DNA of 61,562 nucleotides, counting the filler, from Sphacelaria rigidula (taxonomy: Eukaryota), in assembly GCA_964200075.2 (NCBI GenBank). It is 6 parts of 6 records of this genome, joined end to end, with 100 filler letters (N's around TTAATTAATTAA, not from the genome) between each part and the next. Parts side by side here need not be neighbours in the genome. Positions count along the whole stretch, not along the records: positions 10,280 to 20,457 come from CAXNAA020006984.1; positions 20,558 to 30,735 come from CAXNAA020006985.1; 4 more parts are not named here. One strand, written 5' to 3'. The notes beneath the pieces were generated by a model. It saw only the letters and a list, made by a program, of their open reading frames with translations. It made no database searches and was not told the origin of the DNA. The translations under genes were made by a program, and so were the position numbers. Positions 10,478 through 23,179 of this stretch are shown here, one piece after another; position 1 is the first letter of the stretch; every line of letters begins with the position of its first letter.

Positions 10478-12957
10478 ACTCCAGCAACAGATCAAGGCGG
10501 GGCAAGAGCGCGTGCAAGAGCTAGAAGGGCAGGTTGCTTTCCTGGAGCGGCAAAGGGTGGAGGTCTGGGCCAGCACAACGAAAGGCCCGGGTGCTTTAGG
10601 ACGCGCTCCTTCGAAGTCCGCGGGCGGCGTTAATGGTAACAGCGGCGGCGAGCGACTAAGCAGCCGAAGCCGCATGACACCACCACATGCATCAGCCCGC
10701 CGATCTGCAAATGGCGTCACCAAGAGCCGAGACGGACATTTTGAAGCCACAGGTAGGAGAGAAGCAGCCTCTGCCACGGAAGGAGAGCATCACGTTGGTG
10801 GCCATCGTACATGGCGTTCTGCAGGTGTTGCCACCGTGGAGGAACAATGGGAAAGATCCGAGTGGGAAGAGCGGGAAAATCGAAGGACAGTTGAGGAGAA
10901 AGGAAGAGACTCTGGAACGAGGCTAGCGGTAGGGGGGCTGGTTGGTAAAGGAAGTGCTCGTCAACCGTCGCACGAAGGCGCGAGCGGAGAGTGGAGACGG
11001 ACGAATCGGGTGGATGATGATGTAGTGTCTAGGAGGAGCGGAGAAGTGTGTGGTGATCCTCAAGATGTGGCTAGGCGACGCGCCGCCAACGGCCAACCAC
11101 ACTGGGATAAGGACGAGGATCGACCTGCGGGTTGGGGAAAAGAACGGCGCGACATGACATCGTCATGGCGAGCCGATCAATCCGCCTGGCCGCCTGAATA
11201 TCATGCAGATCCGGTTGACCCACGTACTGCTTCTCCGCCAGATCCCCGCCACAACAACGCCGCCGCCGTAGAATTTTCGCAGCAGCCCGGACGGCAGCAG
11301 CGGGAAGACGTCACCACAGCTAGTGCACGGATGTCTCCAACTCCCGCCGACGATCGTTCCCCCGGCGGCGGCGATGATGATGAAAGGGTTGTGGAGGATG
11401 ACGTGCGTATGGCGGAGGAAGGGGACGAGGCGGGAGGCGTGGTGAGCAGCGGTAACCCCCGGTGGGGCGCTCCATGGGAGCGGTCGAACACACCCGACGC
11501 CCTCAAGCACGACAACTATGATCCGATGAGATATAAAACTAACGCCGGGCGGGATCGCTGGGCAGCGGATACAGCCCGTACTTCGGCCGGCGCCGCCGCT
11601 GCTGCCACCCCGTCCGCCGCTGTTCCAAACGCCGGTGACTGGAACGGTGCGGCGAGTTACAACGGTCCTCGTGTTAACTGGGCGCAAGATTATCTCGAGC
11701 CGTCTGAGCGGCGCTCGATGCCGAGTGGAGGGCAGCAGCCACCACCGCCATCATCCTTTTTGCACGATGGCAGTCAGGCGACAGCTGCAGCGGCGGAGGA
11801 GGGCCAGGGCGGGGTGGCGTCTAGACCTACAGGCGCTCGCACGCACCACGTCGTGCGGGTTGATAATGTCGATGAAAAAACGCCATATTCTAATCGCGAT
11901 AGCTCGCACCACTCGTATTCTTTCAATGGTGGCGAGCAGGGGCCATACTCCAACGACCCTGAGGAGCGACCGTACCCGAAAGACATCGGCGATCCCGTCA
12001 GATCTCAAGCAGGCTGGAAGCTGACGCAGAGCGATGGTGGTATTAGTCGCCGGGCTCGAGGTGGCGACAGCCAGCAACGATACAGCACATCTTCCCTTAC
12101 CAACACCCCCGACTCGGACGACAATGACCCGCGAACACTCAAGAGCGACTACCAAGCGCGCGGCGCATATCCACGACCTACCGGTCAAGAAGTCGACGTT
12201 GCAGCAAGCGGACAAAGGGGTGCGTACGACGAGCGGATTTCGCAGGCGGAGGGGGCAGGGGGATCGTTAGCTGCTGGGGCGGCCGCGGCGACGCGCTTGG
12301 AGGCAGTCAGGGTGTCGGCGCCGTCTGGGGTAGGGGGGATAGGGGGGAAGGTGGAGCACGTCCTGCGTGATGGGCGACGGGTGGTGCTGTTTGCGAACGG
12401 AACACAGAAGGCAGGTGGAATATTCGTCTTTTGGTTGGATTTTTGTTCAGGCACACGTTTTTATTTAATCGTGCGTGTGTCAAGGGTGCAGTAGGCGGCA
12501 TCATGCTCGGTGGTTGATTTCGGATCATCCGTCGGTCTAGTCTCTCTCTGTGTCTGTCTGTCTGTCTATCTCCCGCAGTACCCGTTCGTTGATGACGGGC
12601 ACATGAACAACCCAAGACTGATATACTCGTAGCCGTGCGTACGGAGCTGTTACTGTCGCGGCATTTTGTTTGCTTCGCGATGATGATTTGACACAAAAAC
12701 AAAACTACTTGGTGGACATGCGCTCACTGGTCCAAAGGTCAAATGTCCGCTATAAGAACAGAAATAACGCCGCTTGCCTTTCCGTTGATTCGCAGGAAAC
12801 GTCGCCAGACGGAGGGTCTGTGGTGCGCTTCGTAAACGGTGATCTCAAGCGCGTGGAAGGAGGGACGGGGGTCGTGATCTACACGTACGCTGCAGCACGC
12901 ACCACTCACACCATGCACCCTTCGGGCTTGGAAGTGTTCGAGTTTCCCAATGGACAG
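10478..12957 (+). CDS. CENPJ: Centromere protein J / SAS-4-like (Tcp10 C-terminal domain), internal exons 10478-12410 and 12796-12957; partial gene
   Basis: Coiled coil (LQQQIK..LEGQVAFLERQR), long disordered linker, then KVEHVLRDGRRVVLFANGTQK|ETSPDGGSVVRFVNGDLKR..VIYTYAAARTTHTMHPSGLEVFEFPNGQ, the TCP/G-box beta repeats. CAG acceptors at 10477 and 12795; GT donor at 12958. Confidence 0.82.
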
Positions 12958-14521
12958 GTACGCAGGCTGCTATGACCCAACTGACCTGACCCTATGCACT
13001 GTCCTGTACGAGAATCCTCGCTTTGCTGCCCCACCCCCCGATAGAGCGTGACGCCGCTTTGTGTTGAGCTTCCTTCACCGAAAGCTCATAGTGTGTGCTA
13101 TTTCTGTGTTACGCACTACATTCACCGCCTCTGCACCGGCCGGTAGGTCTGTCATTGAGAAATAGGCTACCTGTACGGTGATGAGACATGAGTTCGAAGA
13201 GGGATGAAGTATGTTCAGTAGCGAGTGCGATAGGGAAAAAAACGAGTGTTTAGTTTTAAAAAGGTATATCTTCGTGTTTTTCGCCTCCGAAAAAGTACTA
13301 TTTTGGACCAAACGCGCGAAATAGGGAAAAACGCGCCGCGAACACCGTTTTCGCTTGGAAGTATTCTGGCACATCAATTGGGGATACAGTATGACCTGCA
13401 CCCGTGCCTCGAAACAAATGGGAAAACACGTATTCTCGCCTCATCGGTGCCTCATACAGCCATTTGAACAAGAGCTTCCGTCGACCGAAGTCCGTCTTTC
13501 CTTCGTTAGGCCAGATTTCGACGTGTAAATATTATCTTGCCGGTTTTTTTTTTCCTAGATACCTTTCCTAAACTGCCCTGTCCACCTTTTCTAGGCGGAT
13601 TTGGACTACCGACAGTACGTTATGCAATCAGCGCGTGCCCTTCCCAAACGTCGATCGACCAGCACTCCTCCCCCACCGCACGACGTCGGCTCTCGTGTTA
13701 TTTTTCATGTGCTGGTCACGTCCTCAACTTTTCATCGAACATCAGATCATCCTCGAACAGACTGTGTTTATCGGGAGCCGACCCGCGACACTGTGTTGTA
13801 ACTGTATTATCCATACTGGCCGTTGGTGTGCATCTTACTGTACATTAACGAGGCGCGGCGGCATGGTGCCAAAAGTAGCCGAAGGCTCATCGCGACGGAT
13901 CTCGCTCATAGGGGTGGTATTTAGCGTACCGACGATCAGTAGAGTCTGTTCCAGTTCGGCTACAGATCTATTCATGGTTAATCCTACTTGATTTGAGAGT
14001 AGACACCGAGATTCGGATCTTTAGTCAGGCTGACAGTCCTGAGTGCTCCCGGTGTGCGCAGAACACGGTTTTGTCCAAGTTGGCGACTTCGGCGCCGATT
14101 TAGGGCCTGCCGATGCACCCTATTCGTACGATACCCTACGCAACCCCTAGCCTGAGGGGTTCTCGGTACGCCTTAGGTTGGGGTTAGGGTTAGAGTTACC
14201 GATGTTTGCAGGATGTGTCACCCGGGTGGAGATTGCGGCCGCAGTGAGACACGCCCATCCATCTCCCGGCGACACTCACCGGATTGCACGATACTCTATG
14301 CGCTGAAATGCTAGACTCCCAATATTGTTTGTGTTGCGAAAAAAAAGCAGGTTGAGCGGCATCATAAGACGGGTGAGAAGGAGATTGACTTCCCCGACGG
14401 CACGCGGAAGACTATCCTGCCTTCTGGTCGAGAGATAAGCGAATTTCCAGACGGGGTCACGGTGGTCGAATATCCTGAGGTACGATGTATGGTGCTCTAC
14501 CGGCACCGTTTGCAAGAGAGA

Positions 14522-14877
14522 TCCAAGGTTGTGTTTTGTGGGGTACATTTTTTTGTATTTCCGGGATTTTTGCCCGGGGTATTTACCTGGGTATTACCCG
14601 TACCCGATAGTTCTGTGAGTTCTATAAGCTTCCCATACCGGTATCCAACGTTTCTATAAGAGGTGTACGAAATGCAAATCAAAACTCGGGGTACGGGTAT
14701 ACCCTTGTAGAAATACCCGGTTGCGGGCAATAGTTTCTGTACAATCTCCATGCTGTACCCGACAGGTTCTGTGGGTTCTGTAACACTTCCATTCTAGCAC
14801 CCGGTAGTCCTTCGAATCCTGAAAGATATGTTATACCCTACCGAACATACCCGTACCCTACGGAACACAACGTTGGA
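14522..14877. mobile_element. MITE with TCCAAGGTTGTGTT / AACACAACGTTGGA termini and internal TACCC(G) motifs
   Basis: Inverted termini are visible directly. Internal TACCCG/CGGGTA motifs are reiterated in both orientations. Confidence 0.6.
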
Positions 14878-17800
14878 AAAGGGTCTGTTGAAATTTTGGC
14901 CGCCAGAGTGGGTAATCTGGGTCTCAACACTCCTTCTGCACGTGAAAATGATGCCGATTCAGTTGCGAAATTCCCCCTGCTGGCGGTCAAAGGGTTGATC
15001 TTCCGTACAGTTTTAAAGCAATATCAATGAACAGTACCGTTCCGTTCCAAAAGAGATGCCGACCGACAACAGTGTACCGTTTTTTACAAAAGAATTTTCT
15101 TGGCAAAGTTTGCTGTTCTGAAAAATAATCTACTTAGAGAGAAATTACCGCGGCGGCAAAAAAAATCACGCGCTCCGAAGAAATATAACAAAGACCAAAA
15201 GAAATAAAAATAGTAGCTTTCCGATTTTCATGTCTGAACAAGATAACCGTTCCGAATTCATGTCCGAAGAACATACACCCGTTAGGTGCGGCGGCAGCTG
15301 GTACCATACCGTAGCAAATGCTACTAATGTACAGTAAAACATGACGAATTTGCGCCACTCCTTGAGCAAGCATTACACGCTTTTCATGCTTGGTGTTTCA
15401 CCGTGATTGTTATGGGAAAGGGGTAAGGAGGAAATCCGTGTTGACAGGATAGGATGAGAGGAAGGCATCAAAGTAGTGGAACAAAACAGCGCACAACCAA
15501 ATCACCATTGCTCGTCCAAACCCTTGCTTGTTCATACACTCTCTCCTGTTTTTATTTACAGATCATTCGATATATGTTTTGATTTTTTTTTTCCAGTCAA
15601 GTCGTTGCCTTCATCTGTAGTATACCCATTTAATGTAATGTTTGTCATAACTTGATACCTTCGTCCATGTCATACCCATGTTGATGTGATTTTGGTCGTA
15701 ACTCAACTTCCTCCATTTTTCGGCCGGCATGTTTTGATCGATAACCTTGAGTAGACTTGAGTAGAAACCGGCCACAGCCTCAAAGGGTAGTTCAGTATCA
15801 CCCTCTACCCTTCGTGCTAACCGCCCACTACCTGGGACCAACTGACCAACAAATGAAGCAGGGGCACCGTGACGTAACATCGCCCAACGGGACGGCACAC
15901 CGGGAGCTGGCAGACGGCACCATGGAGTGCATACAACCAGACGTTCTACCTCAAAACGCAGCAGTGATTTCGGCTTGATAGGCGTCTGATTTAAGGGAGT
16001 GGAAGGGGCGGCGGGGGGTGAACTCATGCTCTTGCATTCCGTAGTCATAAGACCGTTGACCTCGCATCCCTACAAAATGGGGACGGAGCACACCGAGTTT
16101 TCGCCGGACCAGGCTCGCAATCACCAAGCGCGAAGCGCCGTGATATGTTCGGCGGGTCGTATGAGGGATGAGCTTCGTCCTGCTAAGGTTGTTCGACGCG
16201 AAGCATGCTGATAATCAATCTAGCACATGGATGACGGCATCGAATGAGTTGCTCTGATTGCACTACTTCCAGAGACAGCCACGGGTTACACACTGCCTCA
16301 TCGGTGTCTCGCCATTTCAACACTACGTAGTATGATCATCGCCTTTGCGCGGAGGTGCAGTTCTTCATCCCGCATAACATGATGTGACTCGACCATCATG
16401 GCTACCGCAAAAAAACGCAAGGGGGGGGGGAGGAAGAACGATAACCTGGCTACCTAGCTGGCCTGATTGACAGTGCCCTTGTCAACCAACGCCAACCCGT
16501 CAAGGGTGAGGGGGTACTGGGGGCACGCCGCTCAAGCTTGATATTTCGAAAACGTTGAATTCATGAACTGCGGTGTATATACCGTACTCAGGGATGAACT
16601 ACTGTCAAGACCTGGATGGTGGCGGATGGTGAAAAAATACATCAGTCTGTGTGGAAAGCGGGTACTTGTACTACTTTGCGGGGGGGAGGGGGGTTAGTAT
16701 CGGGCGATGGGATGAGCCCACCACACCGCTCATGGCTGGCCCACCCCTGCATGAGGTAGGCGCCGCCGGTGTGTGAAGATGGAGCCTTCCAGAGAGGTTG
16801 TGCTTCGCCATCGGGGTAAACCACGGTTTCGAGGTCAGCAGTTGAGGTCAGGCCAGGAAGTTGATCCGAACGGTAACTGCAACGTAGCCTCAAGTAACCC
16901 CGTAAAACGTTAGGGCCGAAGGGGTAGATGCGCCCTACACAGGGAAAGGCGTGCTCCTAGACCTTGGTCTAGGGTGAGGGTTAGGGTTGGGGATACTGTC
17001 GGGGCTCGAATGTTTTTAGGCGTACCTCCCACTGATGCTTTGCGAACAGGATCCATGCACTGGAACTGGCAACGCTTGGGCCGGGAGGCTCACAGACAGC
17101 GTGTTCCTCTGTGTGCTGGTAGCATTTGTTGGAGGCCTGACGGCGTCGTGAATTGTGAATTGTCTGGTTTGATCGCGGCAAGCACGAAAGCTGGATGGAG
17201 TGTACGCGATGGGAGGTAGCCGGGGTGTGTGATGTCGTCTTGCCTCCTCGTCCGCGTGTTTCCTTCGATGAGAGTGTTGCGTTCCTGAAAATGCGGAGAG
17301 TTGGCAGTAGAAACTGAAATATTGTACAGTAGCGAAGTATTACGTGATGTCGAGGTGCACGCGGGGAATATGGTCCACACAGTACATACAGGCATGTTTA
17401 GCGCGGCTATGGCCCGTGCACGTTTTTCTTTATTCACCAGTGTGTGTGGGGTTTTCAGAGTTGGGGGCGTTTTGTTTTGTCTCTTGTGTTTGCAGCGTTT
17501 GGGGACAGTGTGTGCTGCGTGGTTGATAATAGATACAGTACGTAGCTCCTCTGCTGATAATACCTGTTCTCAATCGTTGGAAACGTTTTCGTCTGCTTCT
17601 CTCGTCTTTTGTATTTTGTACGTACAAAATGTTTTTTTGCTCTTCAAGTGGCCTTTTGGCAAACAGAAGCACACACCCTGTATTTGTGTAGAGAGTGCCA
17701 CAGATCGTAGCCGTTGTTGTCGTTCGTGATCTACAAGTTTTGAATCGCTTTCGGAAGTTGACGTCGTTGTATATCAGAGAAGATAAGCAAAAAAGGTGAA

Positions 17801-19081
17801 GGATTAGACCGGCATAGCATTCTTGCCATCCAACCGACTACCCTCATGTTCAAGTCTCCTGTCGGCGATGGATCGTCAACGTGCCGCGTATGTATATCGG
17901 CAGGGTTAAGAGGAAGCTAACCCACTTTTCGTCAAGTGCATCGACCATGCCGCCGGACAAAAGTTGTTGCGTCGTTGGAATTTTTCGGGGTATCTCGGAT
18001 GAACGGGACATCAGCCTCAGCCCTGGCAGCCACCTGTTTGGGTTCAATTTATGCAAATGACATGACAACGCGAGTTAGTGCACGTGTCGAGGGCCATAAC
18101 TTGCACTTATTTTCTTCTCTTCTGTCATGAATTGTAAATTACAATGCGAATTAGGAGCCCGTTCAAGTTAGCAAATGGAACACAAAAGCAGCCCTTGCAC
18201 TGCACTGGCCTCTGGGCCATGGTGGGTATGATGAGGGCATCATCGGTTCTAGCAGTCGTAATTGGAGCTCTGGCTCAAGTCGAGCGTAGGGTTCCCTGCT
18301 GTATGGAGAACGCATGCGGAAGTTATTTCGAACCCCTCATTTGTCATGTATTTGCACGTGTATGCTGAAGTGTATAGTCATTGTTGAGAGCAAATTTAGC
18401 TTCCTGTGAAGTTGCGCTAATTTGACATATGCAAGAAAAAAATGGGGTACTCGATAATGGTCTCTATAACGCACTGCGTAACTACTTTTTCGACAGGTGG
18501 CGCCTGACCCATGCGACCGAACGGCCGCTTAAAGAATCAGTCACCACGAAAACGACCGTTTTTCGCCCCTTCACCTGGGGCAAAAGAAATGAAATCCCGA
18601 AAAAAGGCGTAAGAACGCTAAAATCTCTTCTTTTCAGCTTACTACGTCTTGTACAGAGGTTAGCGGCGCCTCACCCGAAACTAATCCAGTCGTTCTAGCA
18701 CCACTGTCCAGCATGAAAATGGAAAGAATCGGCCGAAGTCGGTGAAAAACGGATTCAAAGTGGCCTGAAATGGTCCAATTTCGTGCACGCGGAAAATATT
18801 TTCATATATATATCGTTCTTGTTGTGTCAGCTTTCCCATGATGCCGTCTATTCACCAATCGTAACTATAGCATCGTGAAGCGTATTTGTTCGGGAGATGA
18901 AACCTGCTCCCCATGGCCGAGCATAAGTGATTGGAGAGAGGAAGTTCACAAAACAGCGAGATCATGGTTCTCACCACCGGTGGTGCTGATGACACGACCC
19001 CGAAACCAACGGTGACACAGAGTTCATCGCCCCGGCTGTTTTGTCTTTGTATTGAGAGACGCGGCCGATGCTTCTGGTATG

Positions 19082-19487
19082 AACACGGGATTTTACAAAT
19101 TGGGGAAGGATCTTTTATTGGGGATGAAAACCCGGGGAATGAAAATCTTCGTATCCACACCAAATTTTCGAAGTATGCTCCCATTTCTTCACTTGCTGGT
19201 AGCTGTTGACAACTACTACACGCCATACAATTTTGGATTTCGATAACCAAACTGTCGGGGTCCTAGGTGAAAAACCGATTTCGGGGGGATTTTAGGTGTC
19301 CGATCGGACGTCAAAATTAGTTTTTCACCTAGGACACCGACATTTCGGGTAGTAGTTGTCAATAGCGACCAGCAAGTGAAGAATTGGAAGCATACTTCGA
19401 AGATTTGGTGTGGATACGAAGATTGTAATTCTCCGAGTTTTCATCCCCAACAAAAGGATCCATCCCCAATTAGTGAAACCCCGTGTT
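19082..19487. mobile_element. MITE family B (AACACGGG TIR, foldback)
   Basis: AACACGGGATTTTACAAATTGGGG...CCCCAATTAGTGAAACCCCGTGTT; the two halves are long imperfect inverted repeats. Flanks TATG/AATG. Related copies at 37647 and 39474. Confidence 0.85.
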
Positions 19488-19520
19488 AATGTGCTGGGGT
19501 TTTCCCGTCTTTGGTTCCCC

Positions 19521-19800
19521 CAGAGGGTATGTGCGAAAGCACTTTTTTGCCTCAATTTCGGGGTGAAAAAAGGGACGTTTTTAGCCCGAAAATGGTACCT
19601 TCGCACATACCCTGTGGGGGAGCGAAAGACGGGAAACCTCCCAAAATAGTTTTGGGGAGGTTGGGGGGCATGAGGTCGTCCATATTATGAAAGTCATACT
19701 TCGAAGTATGTAAATAAATTTAGGCTGGGAAAAGCACTGTTTCGGGGTTGAAGCTCATATTATTTGAAATTTCCAACCCCATTTCTCAGGATCCTCTGTT
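19521..19800. repeat. Dispersed repeat / probable MITE; a related fragment occupies positions 1-74
   Basis: GGGAAAAGCACTGTTTCGGGGTTGAAGCTCAT...TTCTCA...TGTTA matches window start GGGAAAGCACTGTTTTAGGCTTGAGCCTCAT...TTCTCA...TGTTA. Ends CAGAGG/CCTCTG. Confidence 0.55.
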
Positions 19801-20557
19801 AGATAGATTGCTCTATGTCCAGGGCGCTTCCAATTTCAATTCATTTCGGTTTTTGTGACGTTGCGGTCTCGAATTTTGGCGGTGAAACCGGAGTGGTGTC
19901 GGCTGGGCCCTTCAACTCTAAAATGAAGGTCTGCCCGTAACTCATCTTGTATTTACACGTGGTATCTATCCCCTCGCAGTAGGTAGTGGAGGCACTGGTG
20001 GACTCGTTTCAGTACCAAAACTCCCAGGTATTATAATGGAAAGGCTTTGTCTCGTGTCTCGTTCGAATCACGTGTTTCATGCTACAAATAAAAACTGCCT
20101 GTACTGCAGTATGGTTGCGTCCTTGTATTCCTTGACAAAAAAACTACGCTTCCCGCGCCTCGTACACAGTTCATGATAACCAGAGCATGTCGGTTGCGTT
20201 TACATCATGCGTATCCGTTTTTGAACTGGCACGGTATACTATTCGGTACAGTACGCAGCATCGGCAGTAGTACTAGATCGAAAAAAACTGGTTCACCACA
20301 CCTCCAAGTGCAATAACGATGGACTCGCTGGCGTCCCTTCTGCGTGTTTTCGAATATATCGTGATCAAACATGAGGAGCAATACTAACAGTGTTTTCGTG
20401 AGATTGAGAGTAGATGATACGATTGAGAGTGAAAAGCTGTCAATCAGTGAATGAATCNNNNNNNNNNNNNNNNNNNNNNNNNNNNNNNNNNNNNNNNNNN
20501 NTTAATTAATTAANNNNNNNNNNNNNNNNNNNNNNNNNNNNNNNNNNNNNNNNNNNN

Positions 20558-20673
20558 TCCACGGTGGAAATCATACATTACGAGAAAAAAAAACCAACGC
20601 ATCGGGAACCGAACCCCCGTTCTCTCCACCCTAATGACGACAGTCGGATCACTTTACCATCGGGGCGCGGCGG
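20558..20673 (-). mobile_element. tRNA-derived SINE, 5' part (cut by contig start)
   Basis: Reverse complement matches 56667-56785 (GTCGTCATTAGGGTGGAGA..GGTTCG.TTCCCGATGCGT..ATGTATGATTT.CACCGTGGA). Confidence 0.7.
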
Positions 20674-20841
20674 CTCAAGTGCCAACGCGACCAAGACCAT
20701 GAAACATGCAAATCCCGCTCATCATGGAGACGGTGACTACACCGCAAACCACGCCGGGCGAGTATTGAGCGCTAGAAGGTGCCCATCATCCCCTTCAGGA
20801 AAACGTGACTCACCATTCCCACCGGAAGCCCTGCGTTCCCC

Positions 20842-21314
20842 TTTTTTTTGTGGCATTTTGAACTCCTCCACTCTCTCGGGAGGGCTCCGTGGTCTCAAGG
20901 GACTTCACATCTCTCTCCCCGGTACACACCTTACTTTTTGGTCTCACATTTGGGTCAGCAATCCCACACCGCTTCAATTGTCGTCAAACAAACTCAGTCA
21001 CCCACCTTTTGCTTACTCACGTAGTTCCGCTTTCGATGATCGAAATAAGGTACTTGGAAGAAAAAATCCGACGAGTAGAGAAGTGAAGCCACGTTCTCTC
21101 CACCCTAACTGTGACGGTGGGACCATTCCACCACATATTTGAAGAAAAAACTCGAATCATATAGGATTCAACCCACGTTCTCTCCACCCTAACTGTGACG
21201 GTGGGACCATTTCACCACATATTTGAAGAAGAAACTCAAATCATATAGGATTAAACCCACGTTCTCTCCACCCTAATTGTGAGGGGGGGACCATGGCACC
21301 ACCGGGGCGCGGCG
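20842..21314 (-). mobile_element. tRNA-derived SINE with triplicated 84-bp head
   Basis: CCACGTTCTCTCCACCCTAA at 21089, 21173 and 21257. The 3' body (CCCTTGAGACCACGGAG..CCCGAG..GGAGG..TTCAAA, A-rich tail) matches 43035-43120 and 56895-56981. Confidence 0.7.
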
Positions 21315-21449
21315 CACCGCACACTACATATACGGTTCGGATCAAATAAACACACAGCGGGCGACAAAACACAGAGCGAGGAGGATAGGATACCATTACA
21401 AAAACACGAAGAGAGCACCGAATCAACAGCGGCGAATGAGCGTGACTGT

Positions 21450-23179
21450 TCACATTTCGGCCGTGCTCCCATCCGACGTTGGATTCCCGTGTTCATCAAT
21501 CACATCATCCACGTTGTATTTGGCGAACAAGTTGGACGGATTGGTCATGGCTTTGAACTCCAAGTTGTTGCCCGAAGGGTCCTTGAAGAACATCGTCCAT
21601 TGTTCGCCCGGTTGACCCTGCATGTGCACCAGTACAAAAAAAAAAAACATTTGGCATGTAGATCATTCACTTAGGCACAATGGGACCCGCCATCGCTTCC
21701 AACTTTCCTGTGACGCATGTTTTGAGCTTCGGTTCTCCTACAGGTTCACAAACCCTTCACCACAAGGGTAAGTCACCTGTGGAATCGGCATCATTTCAAC
21801 TGTGGAAGAAATGTATTCGATGAACAGATCGTTCCCCTTGGTCGTCAAAAGGGCTGACAATCATCATCAATCATCGCAGGTCGAGTAGTCACGAAAAGAT
21901 GTCAATCTTGCACGCCCTGAACATAACATTACACTGTCAAAAACTGCACTGCCTACAGTATATAATATGTTGTCTATTGCAATAGACGCAATAGTCGATA
22001 CTTGACGCAGTACACTTTATTTAAAAACGTAATCATTGTGCAGTACTTGAAATTTTGACGGATACCGCGCGGCAGACCGTCAGGGTTTCTCAACAGGCTA
22101 TGACCCCATATCGTGCGTGCTTCCGAGATGCTCAGTTGTAGCACAGCACGCGTACGCGTCGCCCACAAACCCCCTTTGTACCAATTCTCGAAAGCTATTT
22201 CAGATTGCACCTGATCTCTTTTTTCGCCATGGCACAAGTCACGAGTATATCAGCTCCGCAACTTAAGCGACGCACCAGTCGTCCACATGTGAGCGAAGTT
22301 GAGTCGTGTAAGCCAAACGAGACGCGGAGAATGAGGGGCACACATTGCTGCTACATCGTACTTCAACGCACTCATGGGGTGTTGTTTCTCACGTATCGAG
22401 TGAACTACCATGTGGAACAGCCATGACCGATGTTCGTACATTTTTCTTAGCACCAACTTCGAATTCACTCGCAGTAGAGGCATCAGGAAGAGGCCTGCGA
22501 GTACAGCTTTCGGAACCGTACCTGCCTCGTGCTTTACAAAATCAAAGAAGATAGCGGGTCAGTTGTGCTTGGTCATCACCCATTTCCCCTTCAACTTTTA
22601 TTGAAGAGCCGGTAGGTGCAGCGCGCATAGTACGCATGCCGGTCGATGAAGTCATGGTCCAACGCTGATGGAAAGCCTACTCTAGGATATACAAACGAAA
22701 CACCGGACTATGTTCCCGCCAACGTATCTACAGCGCTGCAGGCTACGCGGTGTAAGGAGCTCGAGAACCGCACTGGGACGTTGCTGATCAGCGGCAAGCC
22801 TGAAGACAAAATTATTCGTAATTCGCGGTAAAACTCCGAGTACAGACTGATTTTGGGGCGAGAATCACGGATATTTGCTTATTTTCCGCCAACTCTACGA
22901 CAAATTAAAAAAAAAGGTTATAGGACTACCAGTTTCTCCAGGAAAGTGATGTCTGCCGCAACACAAAATAGCGTCACACTCGCGCGTTCTTTCTCGTACA
23001 CGTTGAAGGTGGCATATTGAATTGTATCTCTAGTACACGCAGGAATGGACACACCTGGAACCGAAGGTGGGGTTCGATGATGAATTTGACGCCGTATCGT
23101 CGCAATCTGTCGACAAACAGGTGGAATTTTTCCACGGTCATCGCCAGTCCGGAGTGCGGTACTGGCACCCTATCCCCGT
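21450..23179 (-). CDS. VOC (glyoxalase/bleomycin-resistance/dioxygenase) family protein, last two exons 23055-23179 and 21450-21617; 5' exons not found
   Basis: DGDRVPVPHSGLAM...GVKFIIEPHLRFQ|GQPGEQWTMFFKDPSGNNLEFKA matches the VPVPHFG / EP..RF.G..GEQ.TMF..DPSGN.LEFK signature. Phase-0 GT-AG intron 21618-23054. Confidence 0.85.
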
